Source: Piromyces finnis finn (lineage: Eukaryota > Fungi > Neocallimastigomycota). Taken from it: a DNA stretch of 64,000 nt. The position numbers and the translations under genes were made by a program. The stretch is taken from NCBI GenBank assembly GCA_002104945.1, contig MCFH01000003.1:1550001-1614000 (forward strand). Direction: 5' to 3'. Positions 1 through 13,980 of this stretch are shown piece by piece. Numbering within the stretch: the first letter of the stretch is position 1; each line of letters opens with the position of its first letter. The notes under the pieces were generated by a model. It saw only the letters and a list, made by a program, of their open reading frames with translations, made no database searches and was not told the DNA's origin.

Positions 1-1023
1 ATTCCAGCTGTAGCCTTTATTTTATTGATTATCCTTTGTTGGTATAAACGTTAAAAAAAAAATAGAAATATTTTTCATATATCATATATCATGTATGAAT
101 AATATGTATGAATAATGATAAAAAAAAAAGGAAAATATTATATAATAATAATTTTTAAAATTATTTTAATTATATATATATGTGATTATATATGATTATG
201 CTTTAGTGTTCTATTCCATACAACATATACAACATGAACATAATTATTTCGATAAATATAAAATATTATAAATATTAAATTTTTGAGAAAATGAATAAAA
301 TAATTGATGTTTTTTTTTTTTTTTTTTTAATTTTTTGAAGGTGTAAGCCTTATTAATAACAATAGTTCTACCAAAGTTTAATAGACAATTAAAATATAAA
401 AATGTTGTATACATATAAATTATAAATTATTTAATTTCCTTTACTTTTTAATATGTTAGAAAAAAAAAAAAAAAGAGCATTTATAATTATTCAATATCAA
501 ATGAAAATGCTTTTTTACATTCCTGTAATATATATTATTATACATATAAATACTAATGAAAGTGAATCATTAATAAAAGGACAAAAAAAAAAAAAGATGA
601 AAAAGAATTTTATAATGTTTTAAATGCTTTATATTTTTTTTTTATTTTGTTTTTGTTTTTGTTTTTTTTAAATATAAATAAATAAATAAATAAATAAATA
701 TTTTTTTTTTTAATTACAATAAATTATAAAATTTGAAATGTTTAAAAATTACCATTGAATAAAAAACTGCACATGGAAAAGTAATCAACTTTTCGATTGT
801 TGCTTTAATTGTTATGGCAATTTAAAAAATTTAGTATTATTATTATTTTTTATTCTTTTTTTTTTTCTTTTATAAATATATATAAAAAAAAATATGTCTA
901 ATAATAATAATAAATTTAAAATATTATATATATAGCTATACAGAATAAATTTATTTACTACAAAAGAAAATAAAAAAAAAAAACAATCAACTTTATTACA
1001 AATAAAATAAAAAGAAAGAAATA

Positions 1024-1045
1024 GTGTGTGTGTGTGTGTGTGTGT
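1024..1045. repeat. (GT)11 microsatellite
   Basis: Direct reading: gtgtgtgtgtgtgtgtgtgtgt. Confidence 0.95.
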
Positions 1046-1381
1046 AAATACTATATCTATATAGCTATAAAGAAAGAAAAAAAAAAAAGAAAATATATAT
1101 ATATTATATAAATATATATAATTTATATATATATCAAAAGGTTAACTATTTATATTTTAAAATTTAAATAGTTTTATCAAATTATATTAAAATAAATTGA
1201 CTTTTGTGTGGTATAATTTAATAAATGAAATAAAAAAAAATAAATAAAAATTAAAAGTATAGTAAAAAGAATAAAAAAAAAAAAAAAGAAAACGTAATGC
1301 ATTTATATATTACAATGGCTATACGATAAATTATATTGGCAGTTATCCGAATGATTTTATTATTATTGTTAGTATTATTGT

Positions 1382-3434
1382 CTAAAATGCCGTGGTAGAC
1401 CAAAGCATTGAATTTAACGGTTGAGAAGTTTGATAAAATTCATTTTGGGAAGGAATTTCTGGAGAATCAGTTGTTACTTGGAAATGAGGTGAAAATAATC
1501 CTGAGGAGACCGTTAATTCTGTTAAGGTATCAGTAGAAACAGTACTTAAATTGGTTGGTGTTAATGGAGTTGGAGTGGCAAATGTTGTTTGAGAAAAGGT
1601 GGTGGTTGGGGTATTAAAAATAGTTGGTGTAAAAGTAGTAGAGGTGGTGAAAGAAGTTGGATTAAACGTGGTTGGGGTATATTGGCCTAAGAGAGCACTA
1701 GTTTCCGTTTCTGTTGATGAATTATCCGAGAATTGAAGAGAAGCGTTTAAAGCAACTGGATCAATTGTAGCACTTAAACCACCATCAAGTGGAGTTTCAT
1801 CCTCTTGCCATTTTGAAACCCTTAAATAAAAAGATTTTTCTAATTTATATGAAGAATCACCGTGATAGTAACTTGCAATGACAGTAATTTCACAATCCTC
1901 AGCGGTTTCATCTGGAATACCAGATAAAACATTATTTTCCCAAGATAACCAACTTGGAAGCCATGGTGAATGAAACACGACTTTGGGTGATCTAATTTGT
2001 GGATCATAAATTCTTGGTTGATAGGTATATTTTTTACCAACAATAGCTTTTGTTGATGGTTCTGGACCTGCAATTTTTCTTTCGAATTCTTTAAAAATCC
2101 AACCACCATCTGCTGTCTTCTTAGCTTCTATAATCCATACATGATTACCCTTGGATTTTGCCTTTTTTCCATCTTCATTGAATCGACTAATATATTTATG
2201 TTGCCATAGGTAATGTCTAGCCTTTTTTTCGGATATTACATCTTCTGTGATACCATTTCTTTGTAATTCTTCTCTAAAAGCATTGGTGAAAGAACGAATA
2301 CGAAATTTAAATTGTTTGAAATCTACTGTTTCTGTTACTTTATTTAATTTTTTGGCAATCATTGTTTGATGAATTCTTTCACCAGCTTTATCACAAGCAT
2401 CCACTGTTATAATTATAATATAAAAATGAAGGAATTCATGAATATAAAATTTTATTAAAATACTATAAAATACTATCTTCTATCTATTCAAAATATCTAA
2501 AACACTATTAAATACTATCTGCTATCTATTCAAAATATCTAAAATACTATTAAATACTATTAAATACTATCTGCTATTTATTCAAAATATCTAAAATACT
2601 ATTAAATACTATCTGCTATTTATTCAAAATATCTAAAATCTTATAAAATATTATTTATTATCTATTCAAAATAACTACATGATTAACCCTTTTTTTTTTT
2701 CCAATTAAAATAATTCTTTTTATTTCTATTTTTTTTTATATATATAATATGAAAAATGAATTGATAATTGATTTCCATTAGACTACTTACAATTTGAACA
2801 AATACTTGCTAAAAAGCCAAAAAAGATTTCATCTAAACGATCAACAAGTTCATTTTCAAAATTATTTGGTGAATAAGAAAGTGGATATTCAGATAATAAA
2901 GAAATTGGTTGTGAAGATTGAGATTGAGTTTGTGGTTGATTTACTGAAACAGAATTAGCTGGACCTATGTATTTTTCAATTGAATTTCTTTTTCTCTTCT
3001 ATTAAAAAACAAAAACAAAAAAAAAAAGATTTCCAATTGAATAATTTAATTAAATAAAATTTATATATTTATGATAATAATTTTTTACCTTTCTTTCTGG
3101 AGAAATTTGTTCCAATGTATCTATAGTATTTGAAGAAGCAGGATATTGCTATCATTGTTTATTTAAAAATAGTAAGAATTATATTATAAATTAGTAGAAA
3201 GTCGATAGAAATAAAATGTAGATATATAAAAAAAATTTAGAAATCATTTGAAATACAATAAAATTTTTAATTTACCCATAAAGAGTATTTATCCTTGAAA
3301 TCTTTAAGAATTTGAATTGTTTTTACTATTTCTTCAAGTTTATTAAAGGCGTCATTCTCTATTCCTTGAGAGAATAAAGTCTTTGCTTCATTGGCATTAA
3401 TTATTATGGTATCAAAAAGTACAGATAAGCTCAT
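1382..3434 (-). CDS. Conserved fungal protein of unknown function, ~482 aa, 4 exons; NLS, conserved basic core, He_PIG/CADG-like Ig repeat, S/T-rich tail
   Basis: Exons (minus) 3434-3276, 3148-3089, 2998-2791, 2403-1382 join in frame through GT-AG introns (1449 nt). Junction gives ...FLASICSN|LDACDKAGERIHQT...; core ISRFNEDGKKAKSKGNHVW; LPSWLSWENNVLSGIP resembles He_PIG repeats; ERKKRKR is NLS-like. Confidence 0.85.
2468..2639. repeat. 42-bp minisatellite, ~4 copies, intronic
   Basis: Unit aaatactatctgctatctattcaaaatatctaaaatactatt starts at 2468, 2510, 2562 and 2604; lies in intron 3 of the first gene. Confidence 0.9.
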
Positions 3435-5661
3435 GGTTCTCCTTCAATAAACTATTATATTATTTAATATAGAAAAAGAGAAAAGAATTTCTTTCTTTTT
3501 TTATTTTTTATTTTTGATTCTTGGTAGATACAAAATAGAAAATGGTTTTATAATAATAAAATTGTTTTATTAATAGTACTTAAATATTACTATAGAAATT
3601 ATTTACAAGCTGTTTTTTTTTTCCTATTAATATTTTTATCTATCTAATAAACTATTTTCAAAAATAAAAAAAAAAAAAAAAACATTTAAAATATATATAA
3701 ATATATATATATCTCTTTGATATAGTTCTTTTTTTTTTTTCTTTTCTTTTTCTTTTTTTTTTTAATTTTACTTTTACTTTTAAAAATTAAAAAAATTTCA
3801 AAGAACTTTTTTGCATTTTTTATACTAATTTAAAATTTTGATAAAACTTTTTTTTATTTTATGGTTGTTTTTTAGGTTTATTTTGTCAATGGTCTGGTTA
3901 CTTTTTTTGGTGAATAGTTTCTTTTTTGAATTAAAAAATAAAAAATAGAATTAATATAAAAATAAATATATTCCACTATAAATTATAAATAAATTATGAT
4001 TTAAATGAGTTCCAATAAAATAAACACAAAGAATTTTAGTACATTCTCAACGCTCCACTGCTGCAAATCGTTGGTGCCTAATAAAATGCTTAAAAATTTT
4101 TTTATTCATTTTGAATTTATTTCATTATACACTAATATATGGTAATAAAAATTTATAATATATATTAAATTAGTTATATTACTATTCATAATATATGCAA
4201 TACATAAATCTATTTGAATAAAATAAAAAATAAAAAGGAACTATTAACAAGTCTTTTTTTTTTATCCTACAATTTTACCCAACCTAATTAATATAACATT
4301 ATTAGCTTATGAACGAATGTATATTGTAAGGTTTTTTTTTATATCATTTCCTATTTAAATGGATTTATAATTTTATGGATTGATGAATGGATGAATTTCA
4401 ATTTTTATAAAGTAAAAAGGATTTCCTTTACATTTACATTAATGTAATAATAATGCATTCCACATTGTAGCAAATTATGTAGGGTTAGAAGATTTTAAAA
4501 AAAAAAGTGGAATAAAAATTTATATTAAATAATGATTAGGATGTGGTAAGGATTCGATTTTTAATTAAAATAAATTGTTGATATATATTACAATAGAGTC
4601 TAATATATTATTAAAGTGTTACACCTTGATCCATTTCTAGTATGAAAAAAATATATACAAATTTGGTTTAATTAACAATAAATATAAAATAAAGTTTTAA
4701 TCACTGATTTCATTTAAAAAATAAATTAATTAATTCATATATTATTTCCCTATTGGATTATTTGTTCTATATATATAATAATATATTTTATTATATATTA
4801 TTATAATTAATAAAGTCAATTTTTATTTATTCTTTCATTGAATTGATTTAAAAAACGAGACGAATTTTAAAATTTAAGCCATTACATTCTAATATACATG
4901 ATGGCTAAAACTTACATATATTATTATATTGAAAAATGAACTTGATATAAATTTCAATTATATTATTATATGAAGAAATATTGAAATGTTAAGTCATATA
5001 AATTCTATTTATTTAAAATTCTATTTAACCATTAAATTTAAATTGACTCTAATAAATATATATAATATATTAATTATTTATCTATGGCTGCTCTTTTTTT
5101 AATGTTGTTCTTGCCTTTCAAGAATTGAGATCAGAAATTGATAAAGAGGAGGAGGATGGATGATGATAATGGTTTAATGACTATTACATTAATGACTATT
5201 ACATGAAATGCTTTAGATAGTGTGATAGTAACAACATTTAATAGCATAGAGTATATAGTATATAGTATATAGTATATAGTAGCATAGAAAAGGCATAAAA
5301 AAGTAGTAACATGAATAGGATAGTAGTAATACATAAAGTTATTCATTGCATAGTAGCAGCATAAAATAGTTGCAACAAAAAACTTTTTTTTTTAATATTA
5401 TTTAATAAATTAAGAAATTTTTTTAATCCACAAAATGTTTTAGAAATGTTTTAGCTCCACATCTTATGATTGTTTATTTATTTTATTATTTATTCATTTA
5501 TTTACTATTTCATTATAATAACAAATGCTATGTCTATTATTACTCTATATTGTTACTGTTATCGTTATTCTATATTGTTGCTAGAATTACTATTAATAAG
5601 CAACAATCTAGTATTATTATTATTTCGTATGTTGTTTTTATCCTTAATCTAGTATTATTAT

Positions 5662-5824
<163 letters not shown>

Positions 5825-7891
5825 GATTAAATTGTCGATAGGAACCTATCATATTTCATGATATGATCATGCCTTGCTTAATTTTCCAAAATTTGGAACA
5901 ACTTCAATTCGTTTGGTTAAAAATAAAATATTTCTTAAAAAGGAAATAGTTTAAATGAATATAAAAATAGATGAATGAATAATTAATAAAATAAATAAAT
6001 AAATAGTAATGGAATGAGTTTTTTTTTTTAATTATTATTTATTCATTCCAATTATCTAATTATAATTTATATGCAAATTAAACAATTTTATATTATTTGA
6101 CTTTATTATTGAAAAGTTCCAAAAGTCATAGGTTTATTATCCTTTTAAAAGTCACTTTTTATTCAATATCAATTATTCCACTTTTTTTATTTATTCTAAT
6201 AAATTTTAATAAATTAATTAATATATCTTAAATTAATTTAATAAAAAAAATTTTTATATTTTTGTGGCATTGAAATCATAAAAAAAATTAGTATCACAAC
6301 AAACGGTTAATTATAAGAAAGAAAGAAAAAGTTATTGATAATAATAATAATAATAAAATAGATTATCCTACATTCTTTAGTGTATGATGACGATGATGTT
6401 AAAGGATGGTGATGAAGAGAAAGAAATAGAAGGTTTAATGAAATAGAATGAAATAGAAAGAATGAATTCAAAGAAAAAAAAATAAAACATTTTTCATGAT
6501 AAAAAGATTTTATATCAAAAAAATGTGGATTAATCTTTATATGGAATAATATTTAATGAAAAAAAATATTTAATAACATAAAACAAATAATAAATAACAT
6601 TATTTAAATATAGATTTACTATTTAATAATAAACTATTTAATACTAGTAAGCCTAATAATAATAACAAAAATATCTCTTTTATAAATTGAACCAGCCTAC
6701 TTTTTTTTTAAATTATTATCACTATACTTTTTTACTAGAAATGAATCCTTTTTATTTTATATAAAGATGAAAAGATAAGCTTTTTAACTATAGAATTTTA
6801 TTCAATATATTATAATAAATTATGATATATAATTAAAAAATATACTTTTGTTACTTTAAGAAGAAAAAAAAAAGAGAGAGAAAAAATGATGGTTTACAAA
6901 AAGGTAATTCCATAATTATACAAAAATGAAAAAGAATGATAATTTTAATGCTAATTCAACTTTTTCTTTTTTAATTAAAAACTTATTTAGGCATTTTGTT
7001 TGCTTATTGATATGATGGAATAAAAATAAGAAAATGACTTCTTTTTATTGAATGTTTTGGAACTAAAATAACAAAAAAATAATACTATTAAATACTTTTA
7101 TTTTAACAATATTCTTTTTTTTTCCAAATATTTAATTATCTATTAATCTTTATAATACGTAGACATTACGTAGATAGACATTACGTAGATATCTATTTTA
7201 ATACGTATTTATATGCTTTTAATGTTATCACGTGTGTGTTCATAAATATATGATATTAATAAATAAAATTATGCTTTATCTCAATTTAGTTTTAATTCAA
7301 TGTAATGTATTGATATAACGTACATTGTAGAGTTTTTTTTAAAAAAAAAAAAAGTACTAAATATGGTTATATATGAATTTAATAAAAAAAAAAAAAACAC
7401 CTTTGATATGAGTAATAATAAAATAAGTATATATTCTATAATGTCTATCCTTGTTTTACATCAACACAAATGGATAACATACACCTTTTTTTAATAATGA
7501 AAATGTTATTGAACGATTTTTTTAATATTTTATCATCTTTTTATTATTTGTTCTTATATATATATATATTTTTTTTTTTGAATAAAAGGTAATAAACTTC
7601 TTGTGTATAATAAAATAAAATATAGAAAAGAAATGGAAAAAAAAAAAAAAAAAAAAAAAACTTTATTTAAGATAGTAATTTCGAAAATAAATAATATTTG
7701 ATTTTGATTCTAAAAATAAATTATATTAAAATTATATACAAAGAAATAAAATTTAATAAATTATCTTGTGTTGTTATAAAAAAATTTTTTTTTAACTTGC
7801 AAATTTCCCTTTTTTTATAAAATAAATAATTGGTAGTTGTTTTTTTTTTTTCTATGAATAGGCAAGAAGAGTAAAAATGTAGAAATCAAAA

Positions 7892-8419
7892 TTAAATAGG
7901 AATAAAGGATAAAAGGCGACGTTTTTTATTAACATGTTGTTCCTTTTTTTCATTTTCCATAGTTTTACCATTAGTTTTACTATTATTATTACTATTAATA
8001 ATTGTATTCCTAATGGAATATTTTAAATGTTCAATAGAATGTGAAATGGAAGAATGAGAATTGGATATTGAACTGGTAAATGAATTCATATTTGTATTTT
8101 CTATTGTACTTGATGCATTTAATGTTTTATCAATATCACATAAAGTTGATTCTGAAGATATAACCGGAATGAAATTATTATGATATTTTTTCCATTCATC
8201 TCTTAAATTTTCATTTTTCTTTGTTCTTCTTAATTTATGGCGTACAGGTTGTTGTTGTTGTTGAACAATAGTAACATCAGAATCTGCTATGCCAGTGGAA
8301 GATCTACTATTTGCTCTTTTTCTTTTTGTTGGTAATTCATTTTCTACTTTTTGTCCTTTACCTATTCTATTGATAAGTTTTGGGAATTTTACTTTATCAA
8401 AAAATAATATTTTCTTCAT
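7892..8419 (-). CDS. Hypothetical single-exon protein, 175 aa, basic and S/N-rich, no recognised domain
   Basis: ATG-initiated 525-nt ORF with GC clearly above the flanks and a plausible amino-acid composition; no motif recognised. Confidence 0.65.
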   Translation of the reverse strand: MKKILFFDKVKFPKLINRIGKGQKVENELPTKRKRANSRSSTGIADSDVTIVQQQQQPVRHKLRRTKKNENLRDEWKKYHNNFIPVISSESTLCDIDKTLNASSTIENTNMNSFTSSISNSHSSISHSIEHLKYSIRNTIINSNNNSKTNGKTMENEKKEQHVNKKRRLLSFIPI

Positions 8420-8920
8420 TTTTTTTTTTTCTAATATGATTTTAGTTTTTTTTGAGAAATGATGGTAAAAAAAAAAAAAAGATTAAACTTTTTTCTCCTT
8501 CTTCTTTCTTAATAAAGAATTATATAGTAATTTCTATAATAGTAATATTGAAATGTATTGTTATTATAATTACTATTATAGATATTATATATATTTATAT
8601 TTATTTATTCTATATTATTTCTTTTTCTTTTTTCTTTAAAAAAAAAACTTGGATTTTAATTGTTTCCTTCCTCCTTTTTTTTTTATAAATTTTATTTCTT
8701 TTACGTTTAAATAATTTCCTTTTTATAAAAAAAGAATTTTTTCTTCTGTTATAACTATTAATTTTTTTTTTTTTTTAATTTTGTTACTTATTCAATTTTC
8801 GAAATAGTTTATTTTTTTTTTTTGGAGAGTTTGAAAAGGTGAAATGAACCTTTATATATAAAAACTTTTTCAACCAAAAAAAATAAAGTCTAAAAACTAA
8901 TTTTTTTTTAATAATTATAA

Positions 8921-9126
<206 letters not shown>

Positions 9127-12100
9127 CTTATAATAAAAAAAAAGGAGTTGATAAATAAAATAAAATAATAAATTAAATTATATAAATTGTATATATTATA
9201 ATTTATATTTATTATATTGATGAATATATTAAAATAAATAAATAATATTAGAATTTTAATATAAAGCATCAAATACTTTTTTGAAAAGGTAAATTCTATT
9301 TAAACCATTTACAATATATTAGAATATATTGAAACAATTTAATAATATATTAATACATTTTTCACTACATTTTAAACTAACCAACCAACCACCACCCATT
9401 TCCCACCATCACCTAAAAATAACCACCAAAAGAAAAGAAAGCACGGGAAAATGGAAAATAAAAAAAGCTAATAAAAGGAACACTTTTTTTTTATTATAAT
9501 TAAAATAGATTAAAAATAAATAAAGAAAAGAATTGTGGATAATAAAATAAATGAAATGTTATTAGTTTTTTTCAACCAATTCTATATAAAAAAAAAATGA
9601 TCATTGATCATTGACTATATTGTATAATTATATAAATAATTTTAAATAATAGTAATTATAATGATGATATTAATTAATGTTTTATATTTATTATCATATA
9701 AATATTTATAATGATGTTGGTTTAACTATTTATAAAGTTTATTTTTAATATAAATAATAATGAAAGGAAGAAAAAAGTATTCAACAAAGAAAAAAAATAA
9801 AGAAATAATGAAAGGTAAAAATAAAGAATAAAAGCACTAGACTTTAAAGTTTTTATTATTATTATTATTTTTATTATTATTTATATTTATATTTTATAAT
9901 ATAAACTAATGTCATTGAGTTTACATTCCGTTGATGATTCATTTACAATAATAAAAGATAGATTTACTCAATGATTGTTTGTCTATCATTGTTATAAAGA
10001 AATTTTTAACATCCTTATTGTCATTTAATATATTCCGTTTTTTATAAAAAAAAAAGATATAGTTGTTCCTTTGAATAATATAAATAAAAAAATACATATT
10101 AAATCTAATTCATTAATAAAATCTTTCTTTTTTCAAAAAAAAAAAAAAAAAGGAATTATTAATGTAGATGAATTAATCCTAATATTCTAATAAATAAATA
10201 AATATTTCTTTTATATTTTATATAGCATTCTATAAAAAATTAGATTAAAACTAAAAAGATATATTGCTAATATAATTTCTTAATCCCACTTTATATAAAA
10301 TAAACTATTAATTAAAAAAAAAACCTTAAATCTTGGATTCTTTTTACATTATTAATGAACTCTTTTATTTTATTATCAAAAAAATTAAAAATATATTTTT
10401 TTATTAATGATATAAAAGTGTTTGTTCCATCTTTTTTTATTTATTTATTTATTTATTATTATTTATTATTATTTATTATTATTTATTATTTATTTATTTA
10501 GAAAATAGAATAAACATCTAGATCAAAATTTATTGACATCTCCTTTTTTTTTTAAAAAAAAAAAGTTTTTAATATAAATAATAAAAGATTATATTTTAAA
10601 GAAATATATATCGTTCAACTATAGTTTAGGATGCTCAACTCTTGCCTTATGATGCTTTCTTCCTTTTCAATTTTTAATTATCATCCTTTACATTTTTGTT
10701 TGTTTAATTCCTTTTTTTTTTTTTTTGTATTTTTTTCTAAATTTGCCATGGTAAATCGTAAAATCATTGCATAAGAAAAAAGTGGATGCCAAAAAATAAA
10801 TCATAAATGGTTAAATAACGTGGCTAGAATTGTCCATTACCAAAATATTTTAAATACATAAACCATGTGGAAAACTTTGAAAATTGATAATTTAACCATA
10901 AAAGGAAGGTCATTATTTGATGTTGATTTTTTTAAGTTGTACAATTACATTACAATACATTGGTATATTTATATGGTAATTCATTGGATGAAATAATATT
11001 ATTCTTTTTTACGTATTAAGTTTAGAGAAATTATGGATTAAAAAAAAAAAAAAGATCTTGTCGTACACTATGCAATTTACTTTTTTTTTTATTAATACTG
11101 AATTAAATTGAATACTTGTATCTCTTTTTTTTAGGATTAGATAATAATATTATCTTAAAAACCTTTTTTTTTTATTTAAATTATTTATAATATTTTCTTC
11201 CAGATGGAAAAGCTATCTAATCTAAAAAATGTATTGATAGATTTTATTTATAAAGTGGTTTAAAATTATAATTTTTTTTTTTTTTTTTTTTTGTGGTCAA
11301 GCTAATTCAATGGGGTTAATATAAATAATTAATAGGATTTTACAGACAAAAACAATAAAGTGACTATCAATATATTTAAAAAAAATGAAAATTGAATCCT
11401 TTCTTAAATACATGCATACATATAATGCTTTTCTATAGATTTTTTTTTAATTTTAAAATGACAAAATATATAAAATAAAATAGGAATTTTCTGCTTGAAT
11501 TATAATAATGTTCTTTTTTTTAATATTATTATTATTTGTTTTTATAAATCTATGTGAATTTTACAAAAAGGCTTTTTTTTTTTTTGGTTGAACTATTCAA
11601 TACATTCAATACACTTCTTTTTCCTAACCTTTTTAAAATCAATGTATTTATGTTTACATGTTTACATTTACATTTTCATTTTTACGTATTTAAAATTTAA
11701 TTAAAAAATGAATTTTTAATTAAAAAAATTTTAATAAATGAAAACTTTAAAAATTACCTTTTGAAAAAAGAAGACTTTTTTTAATTAATTTTTATTTTTA
11801 ATTAGTATTAATTAATTATGAAAATAAAACAAAAAAACAATTTATTTTTAATAACAAACAAACAAAGCAAGACAAAACAAAACAATAAACAATTATCTTG
11901 AGAATTATATATAAAGAATTATTTGGTGAAATATTATATTACTATTGTATTAGAAGAATTGGAAAAAAAGAAAAAAAAAAAGAATAATTATTGGAGAAAG
12001 AAGTATTAAATAAAGAGAAATTATATATAATTTATTCTTTTTTTTTTTTGTACGGATTTTAATTGTATACATAAACTATTTTAATTATTGGAAAAATTGG

Positions 12101-12227
12101 AAATATAAATAAAGAAAAAAGTAGATAATTCTAATTATCGATAGAGGTGTGTGTGTGTGGTGTGTAATCGAGTGAATGATAATAATAAATGTTCAAAAAT
12201 TATTTTTGGAGGTGTAGTGATTCCATC

Positions 12228-13949
12228 ATGAAATTAATAGTACAAAAAGTTTTTTTATTATTATTTTTTGTTTCTTTGGTTCATTCTCAAAAAGAATATC
12301 CAACCTTTGATTTACAATCAGAATGTAGTGAAGTACAATTTTTCGATTATTCTTCTTTAACTTGTAAAGCTTGTGAAACTAATAATGCTGTTCCAGATTC
12401 AAATGGAATTTGTAAATGTAGATTGGGTTATTATATTAATCAAGTTATTTCTTCATTTTTTACTTGCTCGGCATGTGGAATAGTAAATTGATCCTTTTTT
12501 ATTCTTTTTTTTTTTTTTTTTATAATATATTATATTTACTAAAAAAAAAAAAAAAATGGGAGAATGAGTTTTTAACAATATCATTTTTCTTTCATTATCA
12601 TTATTATTAAATATTCTTTATAAAAATATATTAATATATAATATAATGGAATATCATCATTCATAGAATTATTCATCTACCGCCGATAGAAAAAGGTGCT
12701 TGAAATGTACCTATGGATTTAATGAAGAAACAAAATCTTGTACATGTCCCACTGGTCATTATATAGGTAAAAAAAAAAAGTGTTAATATTATACTTAATG
12801 AGAATTATATATATATTTATGCTAATATCTATAGGAAAAATATTAAATTTTTATTATTTGTATTATTCATTTATTATATGATAGTTGAAGAATATGATAT
12901 AAATGAAGATGAATATTATGCTGTATGCAAAGAATGTCCAGAAAACAGTTATCCTTCAGATGATCTTTCTTCATGTATTTATTGTACTGGTGATACTAAA
13001 CCTGCTTTTGTTAAAGGAAAATATCAATGCTCTTGTTTTGATAATATTTTAGTAGTAAGTAAATCAGTATATACAAAGTATAATTTCATTTTTATTTTAT
13101 TTTTAGTAAAAAAAAAAAAAGTACTATATAGATAGATTTTATATTAATTTTTTATTTATTTTTATTATTTTTAACTCTCGTGTTTTTAAGAATAAAGATT
13201 ATTGTATTGATGAAGATTCTATGTATATTATTGGACGTGAATTTTCAGGAATACCAAAAATTACATATAAAGTAAGTAATATTTTTTGAGTAAATTTATT
13301 ATATATATATATATATATATATAAAGAATAGTTTAACGTTATTGTATTGCTATTAATACAAATTTATTTCATTTTTCTGATAAAAAAATTAACAATTTTA
13401 ATAAATTTATTATAAATATATATTATAAATAAATTATATGTATGCATTTTAGGATATTGTTGGAACGGATGATTTAACATCCATTACCATAGAATCTGAT
13501 TTTATTCAACAAAATTTTATTGAAGCTTATATGAAATGTGATGTAACTATTTTTTTTTTTTTTTGTTTTAAATATTACTATTTTTAAAAGTATTAGATAA
13601 TGATATAATTTTTTTTATCTATTTATTATTTAAAAATATTGATGACTTAAATCTTTATCTATTTTTCTCTACATAATATTAAAGGATGGGGAAAATCAAA
13701 CTGCTTGTCAAATGTTGGGTAATTTATGTGTTTTACAATTGTATGATGAAGATTCCCCTGCTTGCATAGCCTATAAAACAGCTGCTAAAAAGAATGTAGG
13801 AAAATCAGATAGGTAAAAAATTTAAAATCTATCTATCTATCTATCTATCTATATATAAAAAGGAATGGATTATTTTAATGAACCTATTAAATTTATTTCA
13901 ATATTATTAAATATTAAATATTGTTAATATAATTAAATGTTATCGCTTT

Positions 13950-13980
<31 letters not shown>

